Below are positions 48,265-58,619 of a stretch of DNA of 64,000 nt, in pieces. The notes beneath the pieces were generated by a model, which saw nothing but the letters and a program-made list of their open reading frames with translations, did no database searches and was not told where the DNA came from. The stretch is from an uncultured Marinoscillum sp. GTDB taxonomy: Bacteria > Bacteroidota > Bacteroidia > Cytophagales > Cyclobacteriaceae. How positions within the stretch are numbered: position 1 is the first letter of the stretch; every line of letters starts with the position of its first letter. The translations under genes and the position numbers were made by a program. The DNA lies in contig CAYGPP010000001.1 of the NCBI GenBank assembly GCA_964351885.1, positions 95,911-159,910 on the forward strand. The letters are read 5' to 3'.

Positions 48265-51018
48265 TTAATGTGCCTCAAGCCAGTTATTTCCTTCACCAAT
48301 GCCAATTTCCATTGGCACATCTAGCTCCATAGCTGTACGCATGAATTCGTCAACTTTAGATTTTAGTCGTTCTAATTCATCTTTATGTGCGTCAAAAACC
48401 AGTTCATCATGTACTTGCATGATCATTTTAGATTTGAGGCTTTCGGCTTTCATCCAGTTTTGAATATTGATCATGGCGAGCTTGATCATATCTGCTGCAC
48501 TTCCCTGGATTGGTGCATTGATCGCATTTCGCTCAGCGAAACCGCGCATGGTGAAATTCTTAGCATTGATGTTTCGCAGATATCGTCTTCTACCGAGTAT
48601 TGTTTCTACAAACTCATCCTTGCGAGCTTGCTCAATGATGCCATCCATATAGGATTTTACTTTTGGAAACTCTGTAAAATATGCCTCGATGATTTCGCTT
48701 GCTTCGCCCCGTGAGATGTTAAGGTTTTGGGATAGCCCAAAGGCCGAAATTCCATAGATAATTCCAAAGTTTACTTCTTTCGCTTTTCGGCGCATTGCTG
48801 TATCCACATCCGCAAGTGGCACTTTGAATACTTTACTGGCGGTATTAGAGTGAATATCTACACCGTCTTTGAAGGCTTGAGTCATGCTTTCATCGCCAGA
48901 GAAAGAAGCCATAATTCTCAATTCAATTTGCGAATAATCAGCCGCCATGATGACGTAATCCTTACCTCTTGGAATAAAGGCTTTTCTTATTTCACGACCT
49001 TTTGCTGTTCGGATCGGGATATTTTGAAGGTTAGGATTATTAGAGCTCAAGCGACCGGTAGCAGCCACGGTTTGGCGATAGTCGGTATGGACTCTCCCGT
49101 CGATAATGCTCACCATCTTCGGCAAAGCATCGACATAAGTGGATTTAAGTTTTTGATATTCTCGAAACTCTAGGATTTTATCAGCAATCTCGTGTTCGTC
49201 AGCAAGTTTTGATAAGATTTCCTCACCAGTGGCATATTGTCCAGTCTTAGTTTTTTTCGGATTATCAATGAGCTTCAGCCTGTCAAATAAAATTTCTCCG
49301 AGTTGCTTAGGAGAGCCAATATTGAATTCTGTACCGGCTATCTGGAAAATTTCAGTTTGAGCCCGAAGGCTTTCTTTTTCCAGTTCTTTAGACATTACCG
49401 CAAGTGCAGCCTCGTCGATTTTCACGCCTTCATACTCCATATCTGCAAGCACATAAGACAATGGTTCCTCGATATCGTCAAGTAGTTTTTCGAGCTTTAG
49501 CTCCTTGACTTCTTTCTCTAAGACTTCTTTCAACTGGAATGTGATGTCTGCATCTTCACATGCATAGTTCTTGACTAATTCGATATCAATATCACGAAGT
49601 TTCTTTTCGGTCTTACCCTTACCTGCAAGATCTGAATAGGAAATTGGCGTATAGTTGAGATAGTTCTCAGCGAGCACGTCCATGTTGTGCTGAGTTTCCG
49701 GATCAATAAGATAATGAGCGAGCATCGTATCAAAAATCTCCCCTTTGAGCGTTACGCCATAGTTTCGGAGGATCTGTATGTCATACTTGAGGTTTTGACC
49801 AATTTTAACCGATTTTTCATCTTCGAGGAGGTCTTTGAATTCATCAACGACTACCTGAGCTTCATCATCTGCTTCTGGAACGGGCACATAGAAAGCCTCA
49901 CCTTTCTGATAGCAAAAGGCTATCCCTACGAGTTTTGCTTCCACAGATTCCAGACTGGTAGTTTCTGTATCAAAGCAAAACTCCTTGCGCTTGGCGAGTT
50001 TTTCTATTAATGAAGCTCGTTCTTCTTTGGTGCTCACTAAGTGATAATTTGACTTTTTGTCTTCCAGCTTTTCTTTACTTGGAGAGCTGTCTAGAGCAAC
50101 CCCAAACAGCCCAAGTTGCCCTGCTTCTTTCTCAGCAGCAGGCTCACCAAAAACACGTTTGGAGATAGTCCGAAGTTCAAGCTCATCAAAGATTGGATTC
50201 AGAATGTCTGCAATAGGGTCAGATAGCTTGAGTTGATTTTCGTCAAAATCAACTGGAGACTCTATGTTGATGGTGGCTAATTTTTTGGAGAAGATTCCTT
50301 GTTCGCCGAATTCCTGAACTCTTTTTTGTAGTGCCCCTTTGAGTTGATCCGCATTGGCAACAATATTCTCTACCGTACCGTATTCTTTGAGGAGCTTAGA
50401 CGCTGTTTTGTCTCCCACACCAGGGATTCCAGGAATATTATCTACTGCATCTCCTTTGAGCCCAAGTACATCTCTTACTTGGTCTACATTCTGAATATCA
50501 AATTTGGCTAGAACTTCTGGGATGCCTAAAATATCAACGCCATTACCCATATAGGCAGGTTTATAAAGGAATATTTTTTCCTCAACGAGCTGTGCAAAAT
50601 CCTTATCAGGAGTCATCATGTAGACCTCAAACCCTTCTTTCGAAGCTTTTTTGGCTAGTGTCCCGATCAGATCATCCGCCTCAAATCCGTCAAGTTCAAG
50701 AATAGGAATATTGAATCCTTCCACAATCTTCTTGCAGTAAGGGATAGCTATTTTTATTTCCTCAGGCTGAGCTTGTCTGGTGCCTTTATATTCTGGGTAT
50801 TCGATGTGGCGAAATGTAGGTGCGTGCGTATCAAATGCCACTCCAATATGTGAGGGTTTTTGCTTTTTGATGATCTCTAACAAGGTATTGGTGAAGCCCA
50901 TAATAGCTCCAGAATCAAGTCCAGCAGAGGTAATTCTTGGGTTTTTACTCAATGCAAAATGAGCTCTATAAATGAGCGCCATTGCATCAAGTAAGAATAG
51001 TTTTTTGTTGTCACTCAT
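48265..51018 (-). CDS. polA: DNA polymerase I
   Basis: 5'-nuclease N-terminus (LFLLDAMALIYRAHFA), 3'-5' exo block (FCFDTETTSL), and pol motifs DYSQIELR, RRKAKEVNFGIIYG, QVHDELVF. Confidence 0.97.
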   Translation of the reverse strand: MSDNKKLFLLDAMALIYRAHFALSKNPRITSAGLDSGAIMGFTNTLLEIIKKQKPSHIGVAFDTHAPTFRHIEYPEYKGTRQAQPEEIKIAIPYCKKIVEGFNIPILELDGFEADDLIGTLAKKASKEGFEVYMMTPDKDFAQLVEEKIFLYKPAYMGNGVDILGIPEVLAKFDIQNVDQVRDVLGLKGDAVDNIPGIPGVGDKTASKLLKEYGTVENIVANADQLKGALQKRVQEFGEQGIFSKKLATINIESPVDFDENQLKLSDPIADILNPIFDELELRTISKRVFGEPAAEKEAGQLGLFGVALDSSPSKEKLEDKKSNYHLVSTKEERASLIEKLAKRKEFCFDTETTSLESVEAKLVGIAFCYQKGEAFYVPVPEADDEAQVVVDEFKDLLEDEKSVKIGQNLKYDIQILRNYGVTLKGEIFDTMLAHYLIDPETQHNMDVLAENYLNYTPISYSDLAGKGKTEKKLRDIDIELVKNYACEDADITFQLKEVLEKEVKELKLEKLLDDIEEPLSYVLADMEYEGVKIDEAALAVMSKELEKESLRAQTEIFQIAGTEFNIGSPKQLGEILFDRLKLIDNPKKTKTGQYATGEEILSKLADEHEIADKILEFREYQKLKSTYVDALPKMVSIIDGRVHTDYRQTVAATGRLSSNNPNLQNIPIRTAKGREIRKAFIPRGKDYVIMAADYSQIELRIMASFSGDESMTQAFKDGVDIHSNTASKVFKVPLADVDTAMRRKAKEVNFGIIYGISAFGLSQNLNISRGEASEIIEAYFTEFPKVKSYMDGIIEQARKDEFVETILGRRRYLRNINAKNFTMRGFAERNAINAPIQGSAADMIKLAMINIQNWMKAESLKSKMIMQVHDELVFDAHKDELERLKSKVDEFMRTAMELDVPMEIGIGEGNNWLEAH

Positions 51019-51061
51019 AGCAGTAAAGGTAGTTCAACTGCTACGTAAAAGAAATCTGATA

Positions 51062-51928
51062 TTATCTCCTGGCAGCAATAAAAGCGGTCATTTGCTGATA
51101 AGCATCATTAGCAGCTTTTTCGTTATAGATTGGGTTGCTCGGATTGGCAAACCCATGGTCTGCATCATAAGACTTTAAGGTTAGTTTGTTTGACGTTTTG
51201 GACATGTTTTCCTTAAAAGTATCTGCTACTTTTTGATTGATCCATTGGTCTTGTGTGGCGAATATTCCTAACACATCGCACTTCAAGGAGCTTAGCCTTT
51301 CGATATCATTTTCTGGCATCCCATAAAACATAATGGCTCCTTTAGCCTGAGTTCCCATTTCGATAGCGGTCTGAAGTGACCAGCCGCCACCAAAGCACCA
51401 ACCAACGGTATAAATAGCCGCCTCACCACCAACAAATGATTGTGCTCCAGCGATAATTGCCACCGCTCTTTCTGTCTTTACGGCCTGCATATAAGTTTTT
51501 GCGTCTTCTCTATTGTCAGCAACATTACCATCATATAAGTCAAGGGCGACAATATTCATGTTTTTGAATTTCTCTGAGAAGATGTCGGATTGAGATTTCA
51601 CAAAATCATTGAGTCCATACCATTCGTGAATGACGAACAAATATTCCTTGCTCTTCTTTTTAGATGGGATAAAATATGCATTGGCTTTCTTGCCATCAGT
51701 TACATCGTAAGTGATCATTTTACCTTTCGCATCCTGAAGCGTGAGCTCGTAAGGGTCAAGGTGAATTTCACCAAATGCAGGATCTTCGGCAAGATTGACA
51801 AATTCCTGAGTCGTGCTATGGCATTGAGCAATGTTTGAATCAATCTTTCCAGATGAAGACATTGTCTTAGGAGAATCAATCATCGCAAGAAGGACGATTA
51901 ATGGAATGGTGATAAGGTAAGTTTTCAT
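51062..51928 (-). CDS. secreted dienelactone hydrolase family protein
   Basis: Signal peptide, nucleophile elbow GWCFGG, and C-terminal DHGF motif. Confidence 0.8.
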   Translation of the reverse strand: MKTYLITIPLIVLLAMIDSPKTMSSSGKIDSNIAQCHSTTQEFVNLAEDPAFGEIHLDPYELTLQDAKGKMITYDVTDGKKANAYFIPSKKKSKEYLFVIHEWYGLNDFVKSQSDIFSEKFKNMNIVALDLYDGNVADNREDAKTYMQAVKTERAVAIIAGAQSFVGGEAAIYTVGWCFGGGWSLQTAIEMGTQAKGAIMFYGMPENDIERLSSLKCDVLGIFATQDQWINQKVADTFKENMSKTSNKLTLKSYDADHGFANPSNPIYNEKAANDAYQQMTAFIAARR

Positions 51929-51970
51929 GAAATGGTTTTGAGCAGTTAACAGAGAATGTATATCAGAAGT

Positions 51971-53338
51971 TTAGATCAAAGGTAAATCAATCTCAAAACA
52001 AGCTCCTTTTGGCTTGTGCAGATATGAGAGATCTCCATCATGCTTTTTTATGATTCCATAGGAAATGTAAAGTCCCAGCCCTGTGCCCCGACCTTCTTCT
52101 TTGGTCGTAAAGAAAGGCTCAAATATGTGATGTCTATGCTTTTGAGCCACGCCTTTGCCATTGTCAATAATTATTATTTTTACACGTGTTGCGGTGTTGG
52201 ATACCGTCACCTTAATCTTTGGATTCTTTACTTTTTTGACTGCTTCAGTTGCATTATTTAGAAGGTTAAGGAGTACTTGATTGATCTCCGTATGGTTAGC
52301 AAGGCAGACAGATTCTTCTTTGCTATCAAATGAAATAGAGATCTGCGGGAATGCATTTTCTATTAGTAAACATGTTCGTTTTGTCAACTCACTTACATCT
52401 ACTTCCGTAAGGTCTTGCTGCCTATTCTTGGGCGAAATCCTTAATAGGTTATTGATTACATCCGTTGACCTTTGGGAACCTTCTTTTATGTTCTCCAATA
52501 ACCTAGATGCTTCTTCTATGGACGGCTGAAGTTGTTCGTATTGTTTTGCAGTGAGGTGTTCTTTGATTTCGGCAAGGTCATTTTGTATTGGCACCACACT
52601 TCCACTGATGAAATTAAGAGGATTGTTCAATTCGTGCGCTAAGCCGGCAGTGAGACGACCAAGGGTTGCCATTTTTTCTGATTCTACCAGTTTTACTTGA
52701 GTTGAGCTCAGCTTTTCGATGTAGTCCTCTTTTTCACTTATCGTAGTTTTCAGTGCATAATTTAGCTCATTGAGCCTGTTATTCTGTTGCTCTCTTTTAG
52801 AGCGCTCACTATCAAACTCCACTTTCATTAGATAGGCAAGGCTAAGTGTACTCAGAGAAAAAAGCACGTAATTTAAAGGCACGGCAGCTGGAGGATATTC
52901 ACCAGTTTCAATGATGCCTGAACTTTGGAGAACAGTGAGAATGACGATTTCGAGGGGAATTACACTTGCGTAAATAAGCCGGTTCTTTACTGGTGCAATG
53001 AAGATTATCACAAGCCCTATTGCCAAGGCGATTACTGATAGAAGTCCAGAATAACCACCAAGGGATACCCAGAAAAACACAATGGCGGTCATCATGAATA
53101 GGATAATCGGAATTCTTAGCGGATTAAATATTCCTCTGTATCTAGATAAGTAGAAAAAGAGAAGTCCGATAGCGGAAACGACTATATCAGCCAGAATTAT
53201 CCAAGAAAAACCAAATAGAATAATGTCTTGGATGATCAAACAGAGGAGAAGCACACACTGGATGATACAGAGATATTCGAATAGCTTTTTTTCAAGATTA
53301 GGCAATTCGGCAGACGGTTCTGTGCTCTGATTTGTCAT
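51971..53338 (-). CDS. multi-pass membrane sensor histidine kinase (orphan), paralogue A
   Basis: About 5-6 hydrophobic helices, a coiled coil, H-box LTAGLAHELNNPLNF, N-box LLNNATEA, G1 IIDNGKGV, G2 GTGLGL. Confidence 0.8.
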   Translation of the reverse strand: MTNQSTEPSAELPNLEKKLFEYLCIIQCVLLLCLIIQDIILFGFSWIILADIVVSAIGLLFFYLSRYRGIFNPLRIPIILFMMTAIVFFWVSLGGYSGLLSVIALAIGLVIIFIAPVKNRLIYASVIPLEIVILTVLQSSGIIETGEYPPAAVPLNYVLFSLSTLSLAYLMKVEFDSERSKREQQNNRLNELNYALKTTISEKEDYIEKLSSTQVKLVESEKMATLGRLTAGLAHELNNPLNFISGSVVPIQNDLAEIKEHLTAKQYEQLQPSIEEASRLLENIKEGSQRSTDVINNLLRISPKNRQQDLTEVDVSELTKRTCLLIENAFPQISISFDSKEESVCLANHTEINQVLLNLLNNATEAVKKVKNPKIKVTVSNTATRVKIIIIDNGKGVAQKHRHHIFEPFFTTKEEGRGTGLGLYISYGIIKKHDGDLSYLHKPKGACFEIDLPLI

Positions 53339-53452
53339 ATCAAAAGTGAAGCGTATTTTTTGGAATGATTAAATTATTTAATAAACCCATAAAACGGAAT
53401 CTTTTCTATTATTCATAAAGATCAGCCTAACTAACATCACATCATTTAACCG

Positions 53453-54826
53453 TTATCCCTTAGGGAAGACCAGCTTAAAGCTGGATAGGTTATTCTGTCT
53501 GGAATATGTGATGCTCCCACTGTGTTTGACGATTATACTATAGACGAAATATAGTCCAAGTCCGAGGTGTTTGCTGCTATCCTTTGTGGTAAAAAAGGGT
53601 TCATACATTTTGGTAGCAATATGCTCTTCTACTGGGGAACCATTGTTTGAAATTTCAAGAGCTATGTATTCATTTTCATTGGACAAGTTAATTTCTACCT
53701 TGGGATCTGATAATTCGCTGGTGGCATCTGTGGCATTTTCCAGCAGGTAATTGAATGCTTGACGTACTTCCAGTATTCTCCCAATGATGAAGATGTTTTG
53801 ATTGATGTTATTCTTTACTTCGATTTTTGGAAACAACTTTTTGAATTGCTTGATATCTTCGATTACAGAGATTGAAAGGTTGAATTTCTTATAATCTGAA
53901 AAATCGCGTTGAGGTGAAATCTTGACGAGATTGGCGATTACGTTTGAAATTTTTGAAGAACCCTCTGACATGTTTTTGAGTAGAAGTTCCGTTTCTTCAA
54001 AAGAATCCAAAATTTCTTTCGGAGTGTCTTTGTCAATTGTTTTTTTAATCTCCTTCAGGTTATTGGTAATTGGCATGATTCCACCAGACACATAGTTTAG
54101 TGGGTTGTTAAGCTCGTGTGCCAACCCTGCCGTAATACGCCCTACAGAGGCCATTTTTTCAGACTGGATTAATTGATCCTTGGTTGTATTTAGGTTTTCG
54201 ATCACCCTTTGTAATTCCTCATTCGTATCGTTGAGTTTGTCATTGAGGGACTCGAGATCATTGTTTTGTTCGAATAGCAGTGTTCTATCATTGTCATACT
54301 GCGCCTTGACATAGTAGCTAATAAACAATGTCAAAAATGTCAATATGGTGAAGTTAAGTGGGCGGAAATCTTTATCTGCGAAGGAAAGATCAATGAGTTC
54401 TGGGTGGGTGGATTGAATGTAGGTCAGCAAAGCCAATAATGACAAAAAAAGGATGAGCAAGTGGAATTTATATTTTTTAGGTCCAATGACAATGACCATA
54501 ATTCCAATCATTGTGCTTGCAACAGACATGTTGCTTTTGTACCCACCTATGCTAAACCAGAAGTAGATAAATGCGGTTATCAACAGGAAGATAAGTGGAA
54601 GCCGCACATAATTGAAAAATCCTTTTTTAGAAAGAATGAAAAAACTGAGGCCAAGGAATGAGAAGATTAACTCTGCAATGGTAATTTGAACTTTACCACC
54701 TGTATTTAAGGAGGCTTGAATAGCTAAATAAGCGGCAAGAATGAAAACGATCAGACAGACATATTCGAAAAGGCGCTTCTCCAAATACTTATATCCTGCA
54801 TAATTGTTTTTTGACAGACTTTCCAC
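53453..54826 (-). CDS. multi-pass membrane sensor histidine kinase paralogue B with degenerate G1 box
   Basis: Same architecture and the shared N-terminal block LEK[KR]LFEY[LV]C. H-box ITAGLAHELNNPLNY. G1 reads ISNNGSP instead of DxGxG. G2 reads HLGLGL. Confidence 0.75.
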   Translation of the reverse strand: MESLSKNNYAGYKYLEKRLFEYVCLIVFILAAYLAIQASLNTGGKVQITIAELIFSFLGLSFFILSKKGFFNYVRLPLIFLLITAFIYFWFSIGGYKSNMSVASTMIGIMVIVIGPKKYKFHLLILFLSLLALLTYIQSTHPELIDLSFADKDFRPLNFTILTFLTLFISYYVKAQYDNDRTLLFEQNNDLESLNDKLNDTNEELQRVIENLNTTKDQLIQSEKMASVGRITAGLAHELNNPLNYVSGGIMPITNNLKEIKKTIDKDTPKEILDSFEETELLLKNMSEGSSKISNVIANLVKISPQRDFSDYKKFNLSISVIEDIKQFKKLFPKIEVKNNINQNIFIIGRILEVRQAFNYLLENATDATSELSDPKVEINLSNENEYIALEISNNGSPVEEHIATKMYEPFFTTKDSSKHLGLGLYFVYSIIVKHSGSITYSRQNNLSSFKLVFPKG

Positions 54827-54871
54827 GCTATGAAATTAGACAATCTGAGAAACATTGACTCAGGGGGGTAT

Positions 54872-54897
54872 AAAAAAAGCTCTGAAACTCAGAGCCT
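54872..54897 (-). terminator. rho-independent terminator downstream of the CHAT gene
   Basis: On the - strand: GCTCTGA (54895-54889), loop GTT, TCAGAGC (54885-54879), then seven U (54878-54872). Confidence 0.55.
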
Positions 54898-54925
54898 TTA
54901 GAATAAGTACGAATAATGGTTTGTA

Positions 54926-57900
54926 TTAAATCCCCACCATGACAAATGCTCCCCAGTAATATGGAGACTTCCACTTGTCTTTCAATCTTTTTTGAGCGAT
55001 AATGAAAGCCTCTTGCTTAGTTTTTCCGCTTAACCATTCTTCGTAGAATATGGTCATTAGTTCCTGAGTAGCATCATCATCAACAGTCCACATGGACATA
55101 ATGATAGCATCTGCGCCAGCTACTTGGAAGGCTCTTTGGAGACCATAAACACCTTCACCGTTTTTCACTTCTCCGAGACCTGTTTCGCAAGCAGAAAGGA
55201 CAACAAGTTCGGTATTACTAAGGTCTAGGTTCATGGCTTCAAAAGCCGTGAGAATACCATCTTCATTGTGCTTGATATCGTCAGAGATGACTCCTTCGGC
55301 AATGTAACTGTTGGCTCCAGCTAAGATAAGCCCAGATCTAAGAAGAGGATTCTGAACATAGGAGTCTTTACCTCCTTCGTGCTCATCGTCTGACTCCAAA
55401 AAGAAACCATGGGTGGCAATGTGAAGTGTCTTAGGGCTATGTACCATCTTGATACTATCTTCTAGTGCATCATTGCTGAGATATTTCGTAACTGAGGTAC
55501 TTGCGTTAGCAAATAAGCTATCAATAAGGTTTACTTCTTTTTTAGTACCCGGTAACAATGAAAGCATTTGATTGGATCTCATATACCTCAACATATTTCC
55601 TCTGATGCCTCTAGGAAGTGAACCAGCATTTGCAAGTTCACCCAAGTCACCTTCTGCTCCTCTCGCTCCACGTACGCCTCTTTCTCCACCTCTGCTGATA
55701 CTTCTACCATCCGCCGCTGCTTTTACGATTTCTGAAGCTTCGGTACCAGATTCTTCTGCTTTACTATCGATGACTCCCATGTTGTAATTAGGGTACCCGA
55801 ATAAGAATGACTTGTCCTGAAGACTTTTATTTGTGTTGTTGAACGCCACCAAGTCTTTGGTATTAGTGACCAATTGAATTTCTAATTCGTCCAACGTGAA
55901 GTTTCCTGTTGCTGGATTTCTGAGTGTATAAATACTGACTTGATTGAAAACGCCATCAGGAGATAAATAGACCTTATTAATTCCGCCAAGCTTGTTAGCT
56001 ATTGGTCTCCAGAAAAGGCGATATGAAAAGTCTTCATCGATTTTGTATTTGATGGCGTTGCGGTAGTTAGAGAGGTATTTTGACTCCATCAACTTACCGT
56101 TTTTCATCAAGACCATTTCGGGATATTCTTCCGTTTTATCAGTTACGATGAGTGCGGCGTAATAAACCTCATCTGTAAACACCCCTGCAGAATCGGGAGA
56201 AAAGTCTCTGAAACGGATGATTTCTACTGCAGCTTCGCCGGGCTTAAGTTTGGCTTGAATATCCTTCCACGTTAGCTTTCTAGCCGTTGCGTTTTCCGCG
56301 AATACAGCAGACCCCTTACTTAACTCTTTTTCAATGGCATTTGAAGAAACATTTAGTTCTTCAATTTCCTTATTTCTTTCTTCCGCCGGAATTTCGGAAG
56401 CACTAAACAGCTTTGCCAATCTTTCTTTTTGGGAGATCCACAAGTTATATTTTGCAATCAATGTAGAGTCCTTACTATTTAGAATTGCATCTTTAACTTT
56501 ATTACTGGCATATAGGATTAGCCCTTTTGTTGCCAACTGATAATCGTACATATCTCCGAGAAGCGCTTTATTTTCAGAGCTAGTTTCAACAATAAAAGAG
56601 TTGTATTGCTCAAAGCTTGGACGAAGATTGTTGTAATAGAATTTTGACTTTTCATCTTCACTTAAAATTGGGAAGACCATGTTGATCTGATCAAAGTAGT
56701 TATCGAAAGTCTCTCTGTAGAATTTCAATGCCTCGGAGTACTTTTCTTTTTTCCAGTTAAGAATGGCCAACTTATTGGTGCTGAGGGCATATTCGGAATG
56801 ATTCTTACCAACCGATTTTTTACGCAACTCAAGAGCCTTGCTATGATAGACTTCAGCTTTTTCTAAATCCCCTTGAGTTAGTAAGGCATCTCCCAAGAAG
56901 TAATTTGAGTACGCCATTTCCTTTTCATTATCTTTCGCTGACACATCTGCAAGCTGAGTTGCTTTGATACCGTAACTAACTGCTTTATTTAGCTCACGAG
57001 TCGCAGTATAAACAGCAGTGAGGTTTTGGAATACTCTCGTATAGTAGAGGCTTTCTGTTCCAAATTCTGTTTCAAATATTCCTGCAGCTAGATTGAAGTA
57101 TTCCTGAGCTTTTTCATATTCCTGAGCTTTCCTGTAATTAACGGCGAGGTTATAAACGTCCAAAGCATAAGCGAATGATTGCTTGCCGTAGAACTCTTCA
57201 TCCCAAGCTAAGTTTTCCAGATAGATTTTTTCCGCTAATTCATAGTTCCCTAAAAAGTGATAAATACTTGCTAGATTTCCTTTTAAGAGAACTTCGTACT
57301 CATCATATATTCCCTCTGTCATTCTGCTCAAAATAGATATTGCCTCTTGATAGATTTCTTCTGCAACAGGGTATTTACCTATTTGGGTGTAAAGACCTGC
57401 GAGACTATTCAGAAAGGAAACATATTCTACCGAGGCATACTCCCCATTTTCTTTCTGTATTGCTAGAGCTTCTAGTAAAGCTTTTTCAGATTTCTTATTT
57501 GATCCAGATATTTGATAGAAGTCCCCTTGGAACCTATATAGGAGGGCCTCATTTGTACTTCTCTTTTCTACATTTTTTCCTAGCTTATCAGCCAATTTCA
57601 ATCCTTTTTCATACTCCTCAGTGAATACATAATGATCAAGTAGTGATGAGGCGGAAACAAAATAGTCTTCGCTCTTAATACCAGAAAGGTCTGCTTCAAT
57701 GCCTAGGAGCTGTAAGTATAGATCCTCCGTTTTGGCATAATAACCGAGTTCATCTTGAATATATCCGAGGTTGAAAATAAGATTTCGAATGTCTTCGCCT
57801 TGCTGTCCCAACTCTGTTCTGAGAGCATATTCTTTTTCATAGAAATCAAGACTTGTGGTTAGATCGTTTTCCCAATACAAGTACGCTTCACCTAAGAAGC

Positions 57901-58117
57901 CATGCATCAAAGCTCCTAGCGTATCTTTTTTGCCGAGGAACATCGTAGTGATGTCTCCTTCGCTTTTCAGAATTTTGTCATAATCCCCATATTCGTAGTA
58001 CTCCTCAAGCTTGAGGTATAGCTTCTCAGCCTTCTTACTTTCAAATTCGTATTGTTGTGCACTCGTGGTTCCTGCGCATATCAAAATGAGGAGAATACCT
58101 GTCAGACGTATATTCAT
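54926..58117 (-). CDS. signal-peptide-bearing TPR-repeat CHAT (caspase-like protease) domain protein
   Basis: Signal peptide MNIRLTGILLILICAGTTSAQQ. About 450 aa of TPR repeats. The C-terminal CHAT domain keeps His (LHIATHGFF, codon 55409-55411) and Cys (VVLSACETG, codon 55187-55189). Confidence 0.85.
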   Translation of the reverse strand: MNIRLTGILLILICAGTTSAQQYEFESKKAEKLYLKLEEYYEYGDYDKILKSEGDITTMFLGKKDTLGALMHGFLGEAYLYWENDLTTSLDFYEKEYALRTELGQQGEDIRNLIFNLGYIQDELGYYAKTEDLYLQLLGIEADLSGIKSEDYFVSASSLLDHYVFTEEYEKGLKLADKLGKNVEKRSTNEALLYRFQGDFYQISGSNKKSEKALLEALAIQKENGEYASVEYVSFLNSLAGLYTQIGKYPVAEEIYQEAISILSRMTEGIYDEYEVLLKGNLASIYHFLGNYELAEKIYLENLAWDEEFYGKQSFAYALDVYNLAVNYRKAQEYEKAQEYFNLAAGIFETEFGTESLYYTRVFQNLTAVYTATRELNKAVSYGIKATQLADVSAKDNEKEMAYSNYFLGDALLTQGDLEKAEVYHSKALELRKKSVGKNHSEYALSTNKLAILNWKKEKYSEALKFYRETFDNYFDQINMVFPILSEDEKSKFYYNNLRPSFEQYNSFIVETSSENKALLGDMYDYQLATKGLILYASNKVKDAILNSKDSTLIAKYNLWISQKERLAKLFSASEIPAEERNKEIEELNVSSNAIEKELSKGSAVFAENATARKLTWKDIQAKLKPGEAAVEIIRFRDFSPDSAGVFTDEVYYAALIVTDKTEEYPEMVLMKNGKLMESKYLSNYRNAIKYKIDEDFSYRLFWRPIANKLGGINKVYLSPDGVFNQVSIYTLRNPATGNFTLDELEIQLVTNTKDLVAFNNTNKSLQDKSFLFGYPNYNMGVIDSKAEESGTEASEIVKAAADGRSISRGGERGVRGARGAEGDLGELANAGSLPRGIRGNMLRYMRSNQMLSLLPGTKKEVNLIDSLFANASTSVTKYLSNDALEDSIKMVHSPKTLHIATHGFFLESDDEHEGGKDSYVQNPLLRSGLILAGANSYIAEGVISDDIKHNEDGILTAFEAMNLDLSNTELVVLSACETGLGEVKNGEGVYGLQRAFQVAGADAIIMSMWTVDDDATQELMTIFYEEWLSGKTKQEAFIIAQKRLKDKWKSPYYWGAFVMVGI

Positions 58118-58619
58118 GGCAAACTGGAATTTTTTAATAGAAAATATAAATTAACTAATATTTTTTGAAGCAAACAAATTTTGCTTCAAGGGTAATTTAA
58201 CACCAATTATTGCTGAAAGTGTAAAATCTTGTTGGTTGACACCACGATACCAGGGTTTGATCTGTGGAATTTTTCTACTCTAAAGTGATGATTCTAAAAA
58301 TTGGGAAAGGACATAGCAAGAGGAGGGAGAGATAAAATTTTCATGGGAAAATGCACTTTGGGGCATGGGTGGCTCTGATCAATGGAGATAGACATGAGCG
58401 TTAGGGGTTTGGTATGACACACCAAAGGAAGCTATTGGAAGGCCCTTTTTTGTCTAACGATGATAGACATTTCGACGAACGTATGAAATAACCCTTTTAA
58501 AATATCATTTTTTTAAGGCTAGCTAAAAGGAATCATTTACTTTTATAGGTTGATATTATGCGCTGATACGAAACTAAAACAGTTAATGTATTGGCAATCA
58601 CCGCTATAACCAACCGCTG

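Noticed and set aside
48385-50962. Multiple + strand ORFs inside polA
   Set aside because: They are antisense to an unambiguous DNA polymerase I gene.
58387-58470. 9-nt direct repeat GATAGACAT (58387-58395 and 58462-58470) in the CHAT/adhesin intergenic region
   Set aside because: A single 9-mer recurrence within 500 bp of AT-rich DNA is roughly what chance allows.
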